DNA from: Leptogorgia sarmentosa
Lineage: Eukaryota
NCBI GenBank assembly: GCA_964658305.1
Contig: OZ210885.1
Location: 1,054,001-1,118,000 of the forward strand
Length of the DNA stretch: 64,000 nucleotides
Direction of reading: 5' to 3'
In this document: in pieces, positions 47,806 through 60,476 of the stretch
Layout of the letters: every line of letters begins with the position of its first letter
Numbering within the stretch: position 1 is the stretch's first letter
The notes under the pieces: model-generated
What the model was told of the DNA's origin: nothing
What the model saw: only the letters and a program-made list of their open reading frames with translations
The model's database searches: none
Made by a program: the position numbers and the translations under genes

Positions 47806-50408
47806 ATAATATAACAGGTATACACATATACTATTAAATATATATCTCTGCATGGTAAAAATGCCATAAATAAATTTATAATTAATTATATTTATATATA
47901 TTAAAAAAATAAATAAGTTCTTTAAATTATGTTATTCAAATATGTACAATAAATATATATACAAAATATAATGCGTCAAATTGAGCTACAAATCATTTAA
48001 AATTGATAAAAAAGATTTTTAAATTCCAAACTAACTATAGACTGATATATATATACGCGTCAATGAGATTTGAATCCTCGCTCAAAATAACTTTCGCCAA
48101 ATGTTGTTCAATTTTATAATTGTCCGATTGTCCAATCATAGGTCCAGACCAGGTGATTGCTGGTCTAAAAACACACTGAGATTCTTACAAAAGATATATA
48201 AGGATCTTTTTTCATACATGTGTTTTTGTGTGACTTAATCTGGCCTGAGATTGGAGACGGCTGCAACCTAGCAGAGAGTTGTCTTGGGTGCATGGACTAT
48301 CGTATTTATTCTTGCATGACCCGAACTGAGTATTGATTTCGACTCATTCACGATCATTTTCTGTCACAGTATCAACATTATATTGCGATATTAAATTCAG
48401 TTGAATCTATGCTTTTGCTATGCATCTTCCGTATTCACAATATCATGCATGCACGTCCGTTGCAGTCCAGTGGACAGGACAGGTATAGAAAGAACTTTCT
48501 TTGTCAAGGAACTTCGAAAAAGTTTGGTAGTAATTCTCTGTAGGGTGAGCAATACCACGTTATTCCGTTCTGCACTTAAATCGGCATGTCTCTCTTCGTC
48601 AATAAATCCCGCAGAAACGATAAAATAGTTCTTGGTTTGGGGTCAATTGAATCGTTTCTTTGAAGTGGTGTATCATTATTGTAGTAAGAATAGGCTGCAT
48701 AGGTCTTTGTGACTTCAAATCGATCATGAGTATGTCGCATTTCATAGAGATCAATGGAGTCCACCTTTATTGAAATAAGAAAAAGTAAGGATATTTTTAT
48801 TATTATGAGATGTCAATATGGTTCCAAATGGGAAAGGACTCAAAATTGTTCTCGGCTGCTAAAGGTCTTTACAAAGCAATTCTGTAAACATCGTTACACC
48901 CATGCAGAATGGACCATTAGACAAACTCTTGAATAAATTTTTCTAAAATTTATTAGCACAGCTGGGAAGAGCATCATAAAATTTATAACATTGTGAATTT
49001 TTTTAGAAAATTCGCGAATTTCATGGGACCGTATTTTCCTGAAATTTCACTAATTTTAGATTGAAAATACATATATCACAGCAACTGTAGCTACTCACAC
49101 AACGTGATTCTCAGACAGCTAGGTCAAGTCATGCATGGTTAGGGTCAGGATTAGAGATTAAGATTGAGCCACTACACTGTTATACGTAATGAATTTTGAA
49201 TTAAGAAGGGATTTAGATTGAAATATAACAGTTTCTGAAAGCACTACAAGGACAACTTGAAGACGAACCAGGTGAATTTACGATGAGAAGGCCTGCATGG
49301 GTACGGCGGGTCGTTTTATCAAATAGATCAATCCACTGGTTAACATTATTATTCAAGATGGAAACAAATTACTAATGGCGAAACTCGGCTGTTTCTATTC
49401 TGTTTCTCTTTTGCTGCTCGTCAATAAATTCTATTAACGTATCAATAAATCATTCAGAATCATTGAACTGAAATAGACAGTGAACTGGTTGACATATGAA
49501 ATATTTACCTCATCTCTCCCTTCTCCTCCATACTGTCGAGCAACAACACTGCTTGCCATGGCGACTAAAACGCAAAGAACATAAAACATGATGAATAAAC
49601 TGTTTGCATGATAGAGGAAAATATTTTTGCAGTAAGAAGCCAGGCTGATATAACTGAAATGTAAAGAACTCTAATCGTATTTGATCGCGTTCCTCCGCTC
49701 AGCATATTACCATATGCATAATTAGTCATCCTGAAATTAAGATTAATTCCAAATCCTAACCAACCTAGGCCTTATATAGCTCTAAACTGACTAATCCGAT
49801 TGATTATCTTTTCGGGAAAATGTTGTGTGAAAAATGGCCCCATTTCTCGACATTTCTATCTTAAATTAGGCTATAACCATTAGACAGGCGCCAGAATGAA
49901 GATTTTGACTTTGATGAGATGTCTGAGTACCATAGCAGCGTAGAGATCTACTACATTGGATCCCGAATAAATCTGGATTAATTTGGACTTTTATAGATTA
50001 CTCTTAGTTTCCCAATTGGATTGCAGAACTAAGATAGAACAATCTCTATCATCACTTCACTAGCAAACCCTACTTTAAAATATTCTGTTATGCAGTCTTT
50101 TCTGTAACAAATTCATTACTCTTACCTGTCGTTCGATAGAAATTATACTCAAAGGTTGCTTTGTCATAAGTTGGTTTGTCAGAACTATGAGCAAGCGTGA
50201 GAGATGGCTTTGCTTTTATGCTGTTTAGATAACGTGATTATATGCATGATAGCACTTCATGACGTCACGTCGCTACGTGTGCGTGGGGGGATGTACGTCT
50301 AACGAGCGCGTTTCGAATTCGATCAATGATTCAAGTGTTAGGTAACACTGAGGCCGCTATACACTTAGCCATGTGACGTATTCAACGGAATGCATGGAAG
50401 TTCTTGTC

Positions 50409-50561
50409 CAGTGGCGTCGCCAGAGTCGATAAGTGGGGTGGACATATTCATATATTCGTGTTCGCAGACCATAAAAACAATCGATTTCAAAAGAAATTAA
50501 TTGTGCAAAACACGAATATATGAATATGTCCACCTCACTTATCGAGCTGGCGACGCCACTG
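50409..50561. mobile_element. hAT-type MITE
   Basis: TIR CAGTGGCGTCGCCAG; 8-bp TSD TTCTTGTC (50401-50408, 50562-50569). Confidence 0.92.
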
Positions 50562-53232
50562 TTCTTGTCTGTTAATTAGGACATCATTGGTAATGCATGC
50601 AATTTGGCGAATAATAATAATAATAATTTCATGGTGTCGGTATATTCATAAAAGTAATGTTGGTAATTTCAAACGAGCAGGGCCCAAGGCCAGCGCCGTT
50701 ATATAAGGTGCATGCTTATAGGAAAATTGAATGGCGTTTCACACAATCTATAAATGTTCTAATGTTTTAAGATGATTTGGCGAATATATACAATATGTTA
50801 TGTATAATGCCAGCTAGGGAGTTCGCCAGTAGGTTTACACAATTAAGATCATTATTCACGAAAAATAAAAACATTTTAACAATCTAAAACAAATTAAAGA
50901 CACAACAATTTACAAATGACGTACAGACAACTATTTTAATTAACAACGGATAACTCCATCAAGAGACCACGCCCTGCCACAGTTGACACAGGGAAGAATT
51001 AATGCCGGAACAGCCATTGAAATTTTCTTATCAACACACCTAAGACCTAATCAAACGATTGATGAGCAAACTCTTCCTAGAGTGCTATATTAGCGTAAAA
51101 TAGTCGGATAATATAACCTCTTTTTGTTCAGCATTATCGCATAGTCTGAGGTGTTGTCGTTCGTCACGTTCTTTATACTCTAGAAGATAATTTTGCACGT
51201 AGTGTTCTCAACTGAATCAACGAGATATACTCTGAGATCTGCTCGTTTAGATAACTAGTTCTTTGTGCTTGAGTGTAGATTGTGTAGAAACAAACTTCAA
51301 CAATCTATATCTATGCAGTGTATGTATAGGAGATAACAAATTTAACAAGCAGTAAATTTAAAAGTTCCAGTCGCTATACTAGCTGTTCCTGTACGATAGG
51401 ACACAATACGATTCGTCGTTTCAACTACTATGCAGAGACCCTAAAATATATATATTTGTCAAAAATAAAATTTAAAAATTTTTTTTGCTTTAATACTTTT
51501 TTTAATTTCAGTTTATGAATTTCAGTTCATTACTTTTTTCAAATGGACTGAAAAAATATGCAAAGTTTATCTATTTTAGAATTCACACACATTACTATGA
51601 GAACAACCGGCTACCATTCCCTACTAATTTAGAACAAAGAGCATTTGCTCGAAATCTTGCTGTATCGTTTAGAAAATTAGAAGCACTTTTACATATGGCT
51701 CATATCTTTGCTGCCTTGTCTTCATATATGACAAGCCTGTAAACGGAGCGAACAAGTAAATGCATGAAGGTATTTGTTCTCCACTATTCAATACACGAAC
51801 CTATAAAGACCACTTTGTTCTTTCAAGACCTTGAGGAACTAAAGTATTTAGGCTGAAAATGCTTACTTGCTTTGATGACAGCCGCAAAAGAAACATTTTT
51901 TAAACACCGGGAACGCCTGTGAATTTTCCGACAAAATGATGACGTACACTTGAAGAAGAATTATAAAAACATTGTCGTCATAAATTTATCATAGCTAACA
52001 TTCATCAACACATTCTAAAAATTTTTGTTCATTGAAAATATTTATACATTGTACAAATCTGACTGAATTGTGTCTGAGTAAAAGGCCTGGGACTGGATAC
52101 CGAATAGAAAAGGGACATAAGCTTTACACCAAAATAATTTAAAATAAAATGTTGATGAGTATTTTGACCATATATTTTCATTTCAAACCATACGTGTGTA
52201 AATGCCGTTTATCGCTTATGGTTAAATCAAATATCAATTACAAAAAAGGAAACGTTACCATAACTCGTGTTTTGTATAGTTAAACAAAAAATCAGTCAAA
52301 CGCTGTTATCGAACTCTTTTTTAGCTTTCACTCAATTCTTATCTTATACATCATGGGGAAACACTTGATGATCAACGTAGTAGCGTCACTATAGTATCGT
52401 CGAAAGTCATTGCCGTTTTATGCCTTGCATTGTGGAATCAAGGCCGGTGGAATACAGGGGAATACACCTAATAAAAATAAAAGAAAATCAATTCTAATCA
52501 ACTCTATCCGTTAACTATGTTCCGATTTAGAGTTGACGAAAGTTTTAACCAATGCACCACGTGGCTGAAACCAGCTACAGGTCCACGACTCAGTTACACG
52601 GCTGTTTTTTTCTCCGTCACGCTTCATCAAAATTTTCAACAAATTTCGAAAATCTTTCTTGTAGCCACCCACGAACGCACGATCCAACAGTCGGGAAGAT
52701 CGTCAAAGTTGATCGCGATAATTTCAATGAGTTGAATATTTTCCGACGTGCTTACAAAAGTATTTCTCGTGTAGCCACCTCAAATGAAAAACACTACATG
52801 ACGAACCGTTGTGTAGCCAATGAGATGCGAGAGTTAAATCGGCATCTTTTATTTGTAACCGAGCTAATTTATCTATCGTCGTCAAAAGATTTTTCTCGCC
52901 TGTAGCCACCACAGTTTGGCGACGATTTTAAAAAAAACGCGAGGAAGAAATCGGCCGTGTAGCCGCGGCTTAAAAAAGATGCACCAGAAATAGTCAGTGT
53001 TAAAAACTGCCTTCCTGCCACTCCTCGCTCACCGGAGATACCAGCTAGGAATGCTAGCGCTGAAGCAATATCTGAGGATGTCTCTGAACATCCTAAAGCT
53101 GACGCCACTTGTAATCAAAGGAGTTCAACGTCGCAGAGACTTAACTGTTAATGAGAATATCAAACAAATCTATGCCGAAAATATTAACCACAAGAAAACT
53201 AAACTTTCAGTCCGTCAGAACATTACAGCTGC

Positions 53233-53413
53233 GTGACAAATAAACTGTATTCTAGCTTGCGCGACAAATAAACTGTATTCTCCGTTAGAAATAAACTGTA
53301 TTCTCCGTGACAAATAAACTGTATTCTCCGTGACAAATAAACTGTATTCTCCGTGACAAATAAACTGTATTCTCCGTGACAAATAAACTATTCAAACCGA
53401 CAAATAAACTGTA
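53233..53413. repeat. 23-bp minisatellite, ~8 copies
   Basis: gtgacaaataaactgtattctcc repeated. Confidence 0.92.
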
Positions 53414-54781
53414 CTACGCAACATTTACAGTTAAATTCAGGAAAAGACGAAGTAAGTCCTATTAGTCGGAGAAACATGACAAGTAAATATGAAAAGATAA
53501 AATTTTTGTTTACTTTGTCTATTTAATACAATTGAACAAAATTCCCGCCAAAATTGCCGAGCACGTGGTCATTGAGCTTCTTCTAAAGTATATAATTTAT
53601 TGGAATGAATTATAATCTCTAATTTATATCTCGCCCCAGGTCTCCATCGAGTTAAATTTAGGAGCCGTAAGCAGCCGTAAGCCGTTGTGTTGTTCCAAAT
53701 CGGGATTTAGCTGTATAAGCTCCAAAAAAGATTTAGAAAGTGCTGCAGGACAAGGAGCAAGATTGTAAATGAACACAACACAAGGTATAAATTATTTGCA
53801 TGGATGTGGTTGTTGCGTCTGTGAAATATACAAATGCTTTTGTTGATGTTATGATGTAAGAATTTGGTTATCCTAGGATGTCCACTCATCAGATATTTAT
53901 TGAGAGGAGGGGGCTGCCGGGCTGGCTTCATTGTCATTTTCGTCTTCCTTCCGAGGCATGAAACGTCAAACGTCTTTAGTTTGGGTAGTGATTAAAACTT
54001 TTGCTATATTTCCATGTTGTTATCAGCCACCTACACTGGCCACATACTGAAAAGTTTAGAAAAGGCCATTACAAGTGCTTGCTATAAAGCGATTAGTGTA
54101 TTCCACTTCCTTTGAAAGTACTCTATGGTAAACAGACATTCCCAGTAGGCTGAATGCCTAATACATTGTTTCAGAAAGCATGAAGCCAGCTGTAAACTTG
54201 AAAGTGAGGGTGAGTCGTCGCTACTATTAACAATTGAAATTTTTTTTTATTTTGACAAAAAGGCAAACAAAGATGACAGAAGGCATCAAATTTTATAAGG
54301 CATTAGTGATCTTAAGCAAGTGACATTTTTGACTTCATGGACGCCTGAAGTGAATGGAGTCATTATAGCCAATAAACAGCTTGATTGACTCCCAAATGGC
54401 ATGCATTTTGTAAAAAAATGTCGCTTACTTACATGCAGGCTCACTAATGTGTCATTGCTAACTGCAGCCTTAGAGTACTTCTTGCTTACTAATAAGACCT
54501 GGCAATTCAACCTTGCTTTTGTATGCTTTCTGAAAGGATGTATTCTGGATATAGTGTGGTGCATAATACTACATTTTCTAAGCCCAATCAATTATAGAGT
54601 TGTAAAATTAGAATATTGGTATCGATATCAGCCCTTGGATATCGGAATATTGGTAAGGTTTCATATTGGTGCACCAGTATTTCTAGCTCAATAATTTGCT
54701 TCCTCACCATTTTTTTAGCACACTGAAAACCTTCATCCAACAATCTTCATGGCATTATATCTGCACTTGTAAGGTGTAGAG

Positions 54782-57700
54782 ATGAGTGATCCACTTGAAG
54801 ATTTAAGGAAACAAATGTTAGCTCTGTTTCGTGGTGAATCAGATGATGAAGAAAGTTATAGGCATTTAATAGTAAGTTAAGTTCTGGCCAAACTAGAACA
54901 CATTTTTATGGAAACATTATGTTTCCAGATGTTTCCCTGTTTGCCACCATTGGAAACATTGACGGTGCTTTCTCGATATTATATGATTAGAAACCAAAAT
55001 ATAGATATCATAAATAACTTTGACCAAAAGCCCCATTCAACTAGTTTTTGGTTGCTTATATTATTGACTATTGAGAGAGCACCAAAATTTCTTACTGTCA
55101 AAAACTGTTCAACTGTTTTATATGATTCCCTAAAAGAGAAAATTCCAACTAAAAAATCACAGAGATTGGGGAAGAACTCCTAGAGAGACCTACAGTAAAT
55201 CTTTGTGTATGACCAAACCTTACAAGTTATTTTGCACAGAATTAAAGAAGATGAAATGAGAAAAGATGTAACTACAAGTAGTGCTAAAGTTTTTCCTGTT
55301 TTACTTCATTGTTTAGAATGCCATTGAACAGCTGCCAATGATGGGAGCAAGGTACTATTTTGTGTTTTTGAAAAATTACACCCTGTAGAAACTGTCAGAG
55401 TGGTCCGGTCTATTACCAAAGAATACTTCTAGCAAGGGTTGAAAAACTATTGGATTATATATTACCTGAGAATCTAGTTCCCAGAAATTTTTGGGGTTGA
55501 GAGTTTTGCAGAAAATTATTTCAACAGATGTTTACTCAATTTATGACTGTTCTACAATTTTGCATTTTCCAATACAAATTCTACTGTACACAGTACTGAG
55601 TAGCATCAGGAACACTGACAGAAACTGTCGGCCATCCAGCTGGGTAAAATGGTGAAGAACTACAGCCTAGCTACTTCCTTACAATCATAGTATAATATTA
55701 TTAACTAAGTTAGCCTAACTACGAATGGGCAGAAGTTAACAAACTAGTTATAAATAATATGCATTTATTTTGTTATTTTTGCACTTGTAAACATTGAAAA
55801 TAGACAGTGATTTCGCATCCCATCTGCTTTCACAGGAATACCTGTGGAAGGTAGAACACATATTATTTTTGCAATACAGTGTACACATAAGTTAAAATGT
55901 TTATAAGTGCTTAGGAATTCGCAATACATTTTTGTAAATCGAATCTCACTTTTCAGTGTGACAGTGCCCCTTTAAGTCGGCACCAAGTTACGCATCTCAT
56001 CACCATTAAGGCAACCAGTCAGGTGCATTTTCTCGTCCATGAGAATACCAAACTTGCTGGGCACAGCCAGTAAACGTCACGTTGCACTGCCCAATGGACC
56101 TGCTGTTCATTAAATATACTCTGCCATGCTGTGTTTTGGCATGCCAATCTTGACTGAATTATTTTTCTAGTGATGAAGTTAGAATCACTGCAAATACTTT
56201 GAAAAAAGTGTTTTTATGGATGACTCAAATGGAAGAAAGGGCATGGGATGATATTAAAAAAGGTAACAAGTATGCTCTCTGAATACCAACTATTCCGGAT
56301 TACGTACCAATCTTTTTCTATTGATTAGAAAATCAATTCTATCGGCGATTGAAAGAAAAATCAATCTAAAAATTTCACTCGATTTTCGATTTAAGGAAGC
56401 TTATTCTTGGCCTGCTATTGCCACACACGCGAAGTTTGAGCAATAAGAATTTTAAATCTTTACAAAGATTGAAATGATTCTCAATCGTCTTTATGAGGAT
56501 AAAGAAAAAATATTGCAGGATTGTTAACGAAACATATTATGTTTCTCTAAACATTAGGTACTCATCCCGAATTGAAGGAACTTGTATTTGTTTTAAATGA
56601 AAAACGATCGACGCAGAAAGAAATTGTCCCGAGCAAACCAGAAGTGAATTCAGAGCCTTTTGTTGCAACAAGCGGAGAGAAAACAATCACTAACGGAGAT
56701 GACGTTGCGAGTAAATCAGCCTTGAATTCAGAGCCTTTTGCTGCAACAAACGGAGAGAAAACAATCACTAACGGAGATGACGTTGCGAGTAAATCAGCCT
56801 TGAATTCAGAGCCTTTTGCTGCAACAAGCGGAGAGAAAACAATCACTAACGGAGATGGCGTTGCGAGTAAATCAGCCTTGAATTCAGAGCCTTTTGTTGC
56901 AACAAACGGAGAGAAAACAATCACTAACGGAGATGACGTTGTGGGAAAATCGGTCGTGAATTCAGAGCCTTTTGTTGCAACAAACGGTGAGAAAACAATC
57001 ACTAACGGAGATGACGTTGTGGGAAAATCGGTCGTGAATTCAGAGCCTTTTGCTGCAACAGACACTGGCAAACCAAAGGAATTAGATAGAACAAACTACA
57101 GTAGTGAAATAATCCCTGAGGGAAAACAAATTCTCGACTTTGATCTTGATGATGATTGTAATGAGATCGTTCCTCTGTCTCAAAATGAAATTGAAAAATG
57201 TTTAAATACAATAGGTGAAAAAGAGTCAGCCCTGCCAAAGGAAGGTAAACATGTAGTTGCTTGTTTGGTCGATAAGTGAGACGCGACTTTCGCCCTAATG
57301 TTCTTTCTCCGCTTCGTTTTTGTGCATGGTTTAAATTTACTTTTTTCCATCCTGGCACTTTAACACTCTTACTGCTTTGTTTTTCGCACGTTTTAAGTCG
57401 CGTAAAAAGTATTTATTAAAGTAGTTGCCTGCGATTTCTTAACTTTAACATCTGAGTTCATTGCTTTGTGGTTCATTACTGATTATTGTTTTGTTCTAAA
57501 ACATTCAGGTGTAGTGAGTTCGGATGACGAGACCCAAGATCCAACAGAAAGTGACAACCCACCACAGAGACGCAATGTCGACGACTTCTTACGAGATTCA
57601 CAAGTTATTCTGAGAAATTTGGCTAAAGCAAATAAAGAATTAAAGTAAGTTTCCACGAAATATGTACCATGTCATTCAAACTTAGGTTGACTTTATTCCG

Positions 57701-60047
57701 TGATTTCAAGGTTAATGATTTCCAACACGGGAACAAACCCCTGCACCATTACCTCTTGAAAGGGTTACTGTACCCCGCCCCCCTCCCCTTCTCTCCCACT
57801 CCCTACTCCTTTCCACTCTTTGTTTTGCCTCATTTACCGACTCCTATAAAAATAATACATGACACGTGACAATTATCGTTGACTCAGCATCGTGCAAATG
57901 CTATTTTTGAGGCAACGTTTGGAGTGGAGTGGAGTGATGGGGTATTTGTTTATAATGTTCGCTCACTGACCCTCACTCTTGATATATCCTGGTCCATACT
58001 CGAAATGAATTTCCTATTTCCGCATATACATGTATTATTCTGTATTTTCTTAAACAGAGAAGTCGTGAAAGATCCTTATCACCACCATAATTCAGATGAC
58101 GAGGTGGAAAACAATCATGATAAACCAAGTCGGTAAGTTCCTGGAAACACAACCAACAGTCAAAAGTTTTACTGTCCACCCAAATGCCAAAACAGAAGTA
58201 TAGGTACGGTAGTGAGCAGAACTTTTGCTGCTTGTTGATGCTGACTTATGCATTACCTACAATGGTCTTATATAGAATTTTCTTAAAACAGAATTTTGAG
58301 CTACTGTGTTGGATATTAGTGGGAGGCACGCTCTTTTATGTGTGTGAAATTAATATACTAGCCATTTCCCAATTGACAAATTCGGTCAATAGTAACGGTG
58401 TGCGAATAGCTAATAACAATGCGGGATTAGATGGTATTGCTTTTGCAGACGTTCACCTGTGAAAAGCAACAGTATGTCATCGGAGTTTTGTTTTTGAATT
58501 TTGAAAAGTGAACGCCGTTTTGTCTTCTCACTTTGAAAGAAATTGAGAATAAACAAAATAAAAAAGATGCGTCATTATCTGTGACAAAATTAAAATACGT
58601 CAAAAGTTGTTCGAACTAATGGTTGTATATCTTAAGACGCCGGCGTTGTCTACTGCACTGACCCTGCCAATAATCCATACATGCTTTGCAGTCGTTTAGA
58701 AAATGGGAAATGGTTAACAGAAACATCATGTGGCAAAAATAAAAACAATACCAATTTCGTGTATATATTTTCATGTGGCCATCACGATTACTATACATGT
58801 ACATGTAACTCTTCCCTATTTTTAGATGCGAGAAAAGAAAGAAATTTTTGGCTCCACAGAAAGGCGCTATACAATTGACGTGGGATGAAAATGACAGTGA
58901 TTCCAGTTTTGATGATGTTCAGCCTGTTGTGAAAAAAGGTGAAGTGTTTAAACCCTGAAAAGTGTTTCTTCCAGTTTCAACCATCAAAATACCCACCATG
59001 TTGTCATGCAACATAAGTCTCATTAGCCTTCTAAATCGTTCCTATATTCTAATATTTCAAATGGGCATTTATTCAAATCACGTCACTCACGTGCACTGTC
59101 GGCCGCCGTATTGCTCCGAGTCTGTTTTCCACCAGCAGAATTTGAACAGACAAAAAAGCAACTTGATTGGCTGGCTACAAACACTGACGAAATCACCAGC
59201 CAATCACATCCACTGTTTTATTGTTCACACAAAAAATATCACCAACTGGAAAACGGTTAGTGTTCATATAGAGTTAACGTACTATGACGTCAGAATTTTA
59301 TTATTAACGGAGTTTTCTCTATAAAATTTTTTCCTGACGACAGTTTTCAGCGAGCTCGAAATTAGCTCAGGCAGTTAGGCACGCGGTGCTTGCGTTGCTG
59401 TTTTAGAGTTCAAGCCCCGGTGCGACAACTTTTCTTTCGCGTTGCCGATTTCAAGTTAAACCTTTTTTTCCTCAATATTTTGCCGACCTCTATGGTCAGG
59501 GTTAGTATTTGAGGTTTGGGTTGGGATTAAAGAAAATCTTAGTCTATATAAAACTAGTTCACAGCTAATACTAATACTATATTAACGGTTATATTAAAAT
59601 CATGACGTCATGATGCGTTAACTCTATATGATCTAACGCCGACCCTGGAAACCTGCCTTACACTTGCCTCACACTTCACTTTACCCAAAAAAAACTTGTC
59701 TGGCGTCATAGCAATGTACGTCCGCTTTAAGGCGATTTTTCGTTGCGATTCCTTGTGCGATTTTCACCTTGTTATGGATGTGAACGATACTGACAATCCA
59801 ATATAGATTATAATTCTAACAGTTTATGTTATTTTAAGGTGTAGCAGTAAAACAGAAAAAGAAACACCGTTCTCGGTGGTCTCAAGATGAAATGGACTTC
59901 ATTCGCGATGGCATCCGCGTGTTTGGTGTTGGAGACTGGGCCGGTATTCGTGATCATTATCCTTTCAAAAGTGAACATCGTAACTCCACTAAAATTAAAG
60001 ATAAATATCGTAATATGGTAAAGAATGGACTTATCGTACAATATTAA
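54782..60047 (+). CDS. Telobox-type Myb protein (TRF-like)
   Basis: Last exon 59839-60047 RSRWSQDEMDFIRDGIRVFGVGDWAGIRDHYPF...RNSTKIKDKYRNM; in-phase upstream exons near 54782, 55317, 56171, 56559-57244, 57509, 58058, 58827; orthology unresolved. Confidence 0.8.
56645..57060 (+). repeat. Coding minisatellite, 78 bp / 26 aa, 5 copies plus a partial
   Basis: gaattcagagcc at 56646, 56724, 56802, 56880, 56958, 57036; NSEPFxATxGEKTITNGDDVxxKSxx. Confidence 0.95.
59265..59630. mobile_element. Intronic MITE with internal tRNA-like segment
   Basis: CATATAGAGTTAACG ... CGTTAACTCTATATG inverted ends; tagctcag...gttcaag box-like motifs at ~59363-59415. Confidence 0.6.
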
Positions 60048-60476
60048 AATAGCGATAAAAAAGTAAAGGGGTAGAAAGACGAATGGACGTCACAGGCATG
60101 TTATGCATTGTTTAGTTCTTCATATTAAACTCTAAGTCGTGCAGGTGCTGTCTATTAGCTATATTTGTTGTAATATGAAGTATACCGACTTTGCGTTGTT
60201 TTTGATGTTATTTTTCGAACAACCACAGTTAATATTAACTGTGGAACTGGAACAACATACATACTGCTGCAAGTTTTTTCAATCTAGCAACCTTGCATAG
60301 TCAGTTAATTTCCAGATCTAATGTTTGCCTTACCTAATGAAACTCAGTGCAATGTACTATTACACATAATGTACATAAAATTATTACTTCAATTTATTAA
60401 ATATTGTTTTGTTAAAAACGACGCCACAATTATTACGCCTTCAATCACTCGGAAATACTAGTTTGTTGACTTTTTT

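Noticed and set aside
48350..48780. Coding-looking fragments on the minus strand
   Set aside because: Short, interrupted, no recognisable motif
55804..55850. Possible mutually exclusive exon in the TRF-like gene
   Set aside because: Phases would fit an alternative to the ~55317 exon, but splice signals are weak and no similarity supports it
59363..59420. Second tRNA gene
   Set aside because: Only box-like remnants; stems do not close; lies inside a MITE
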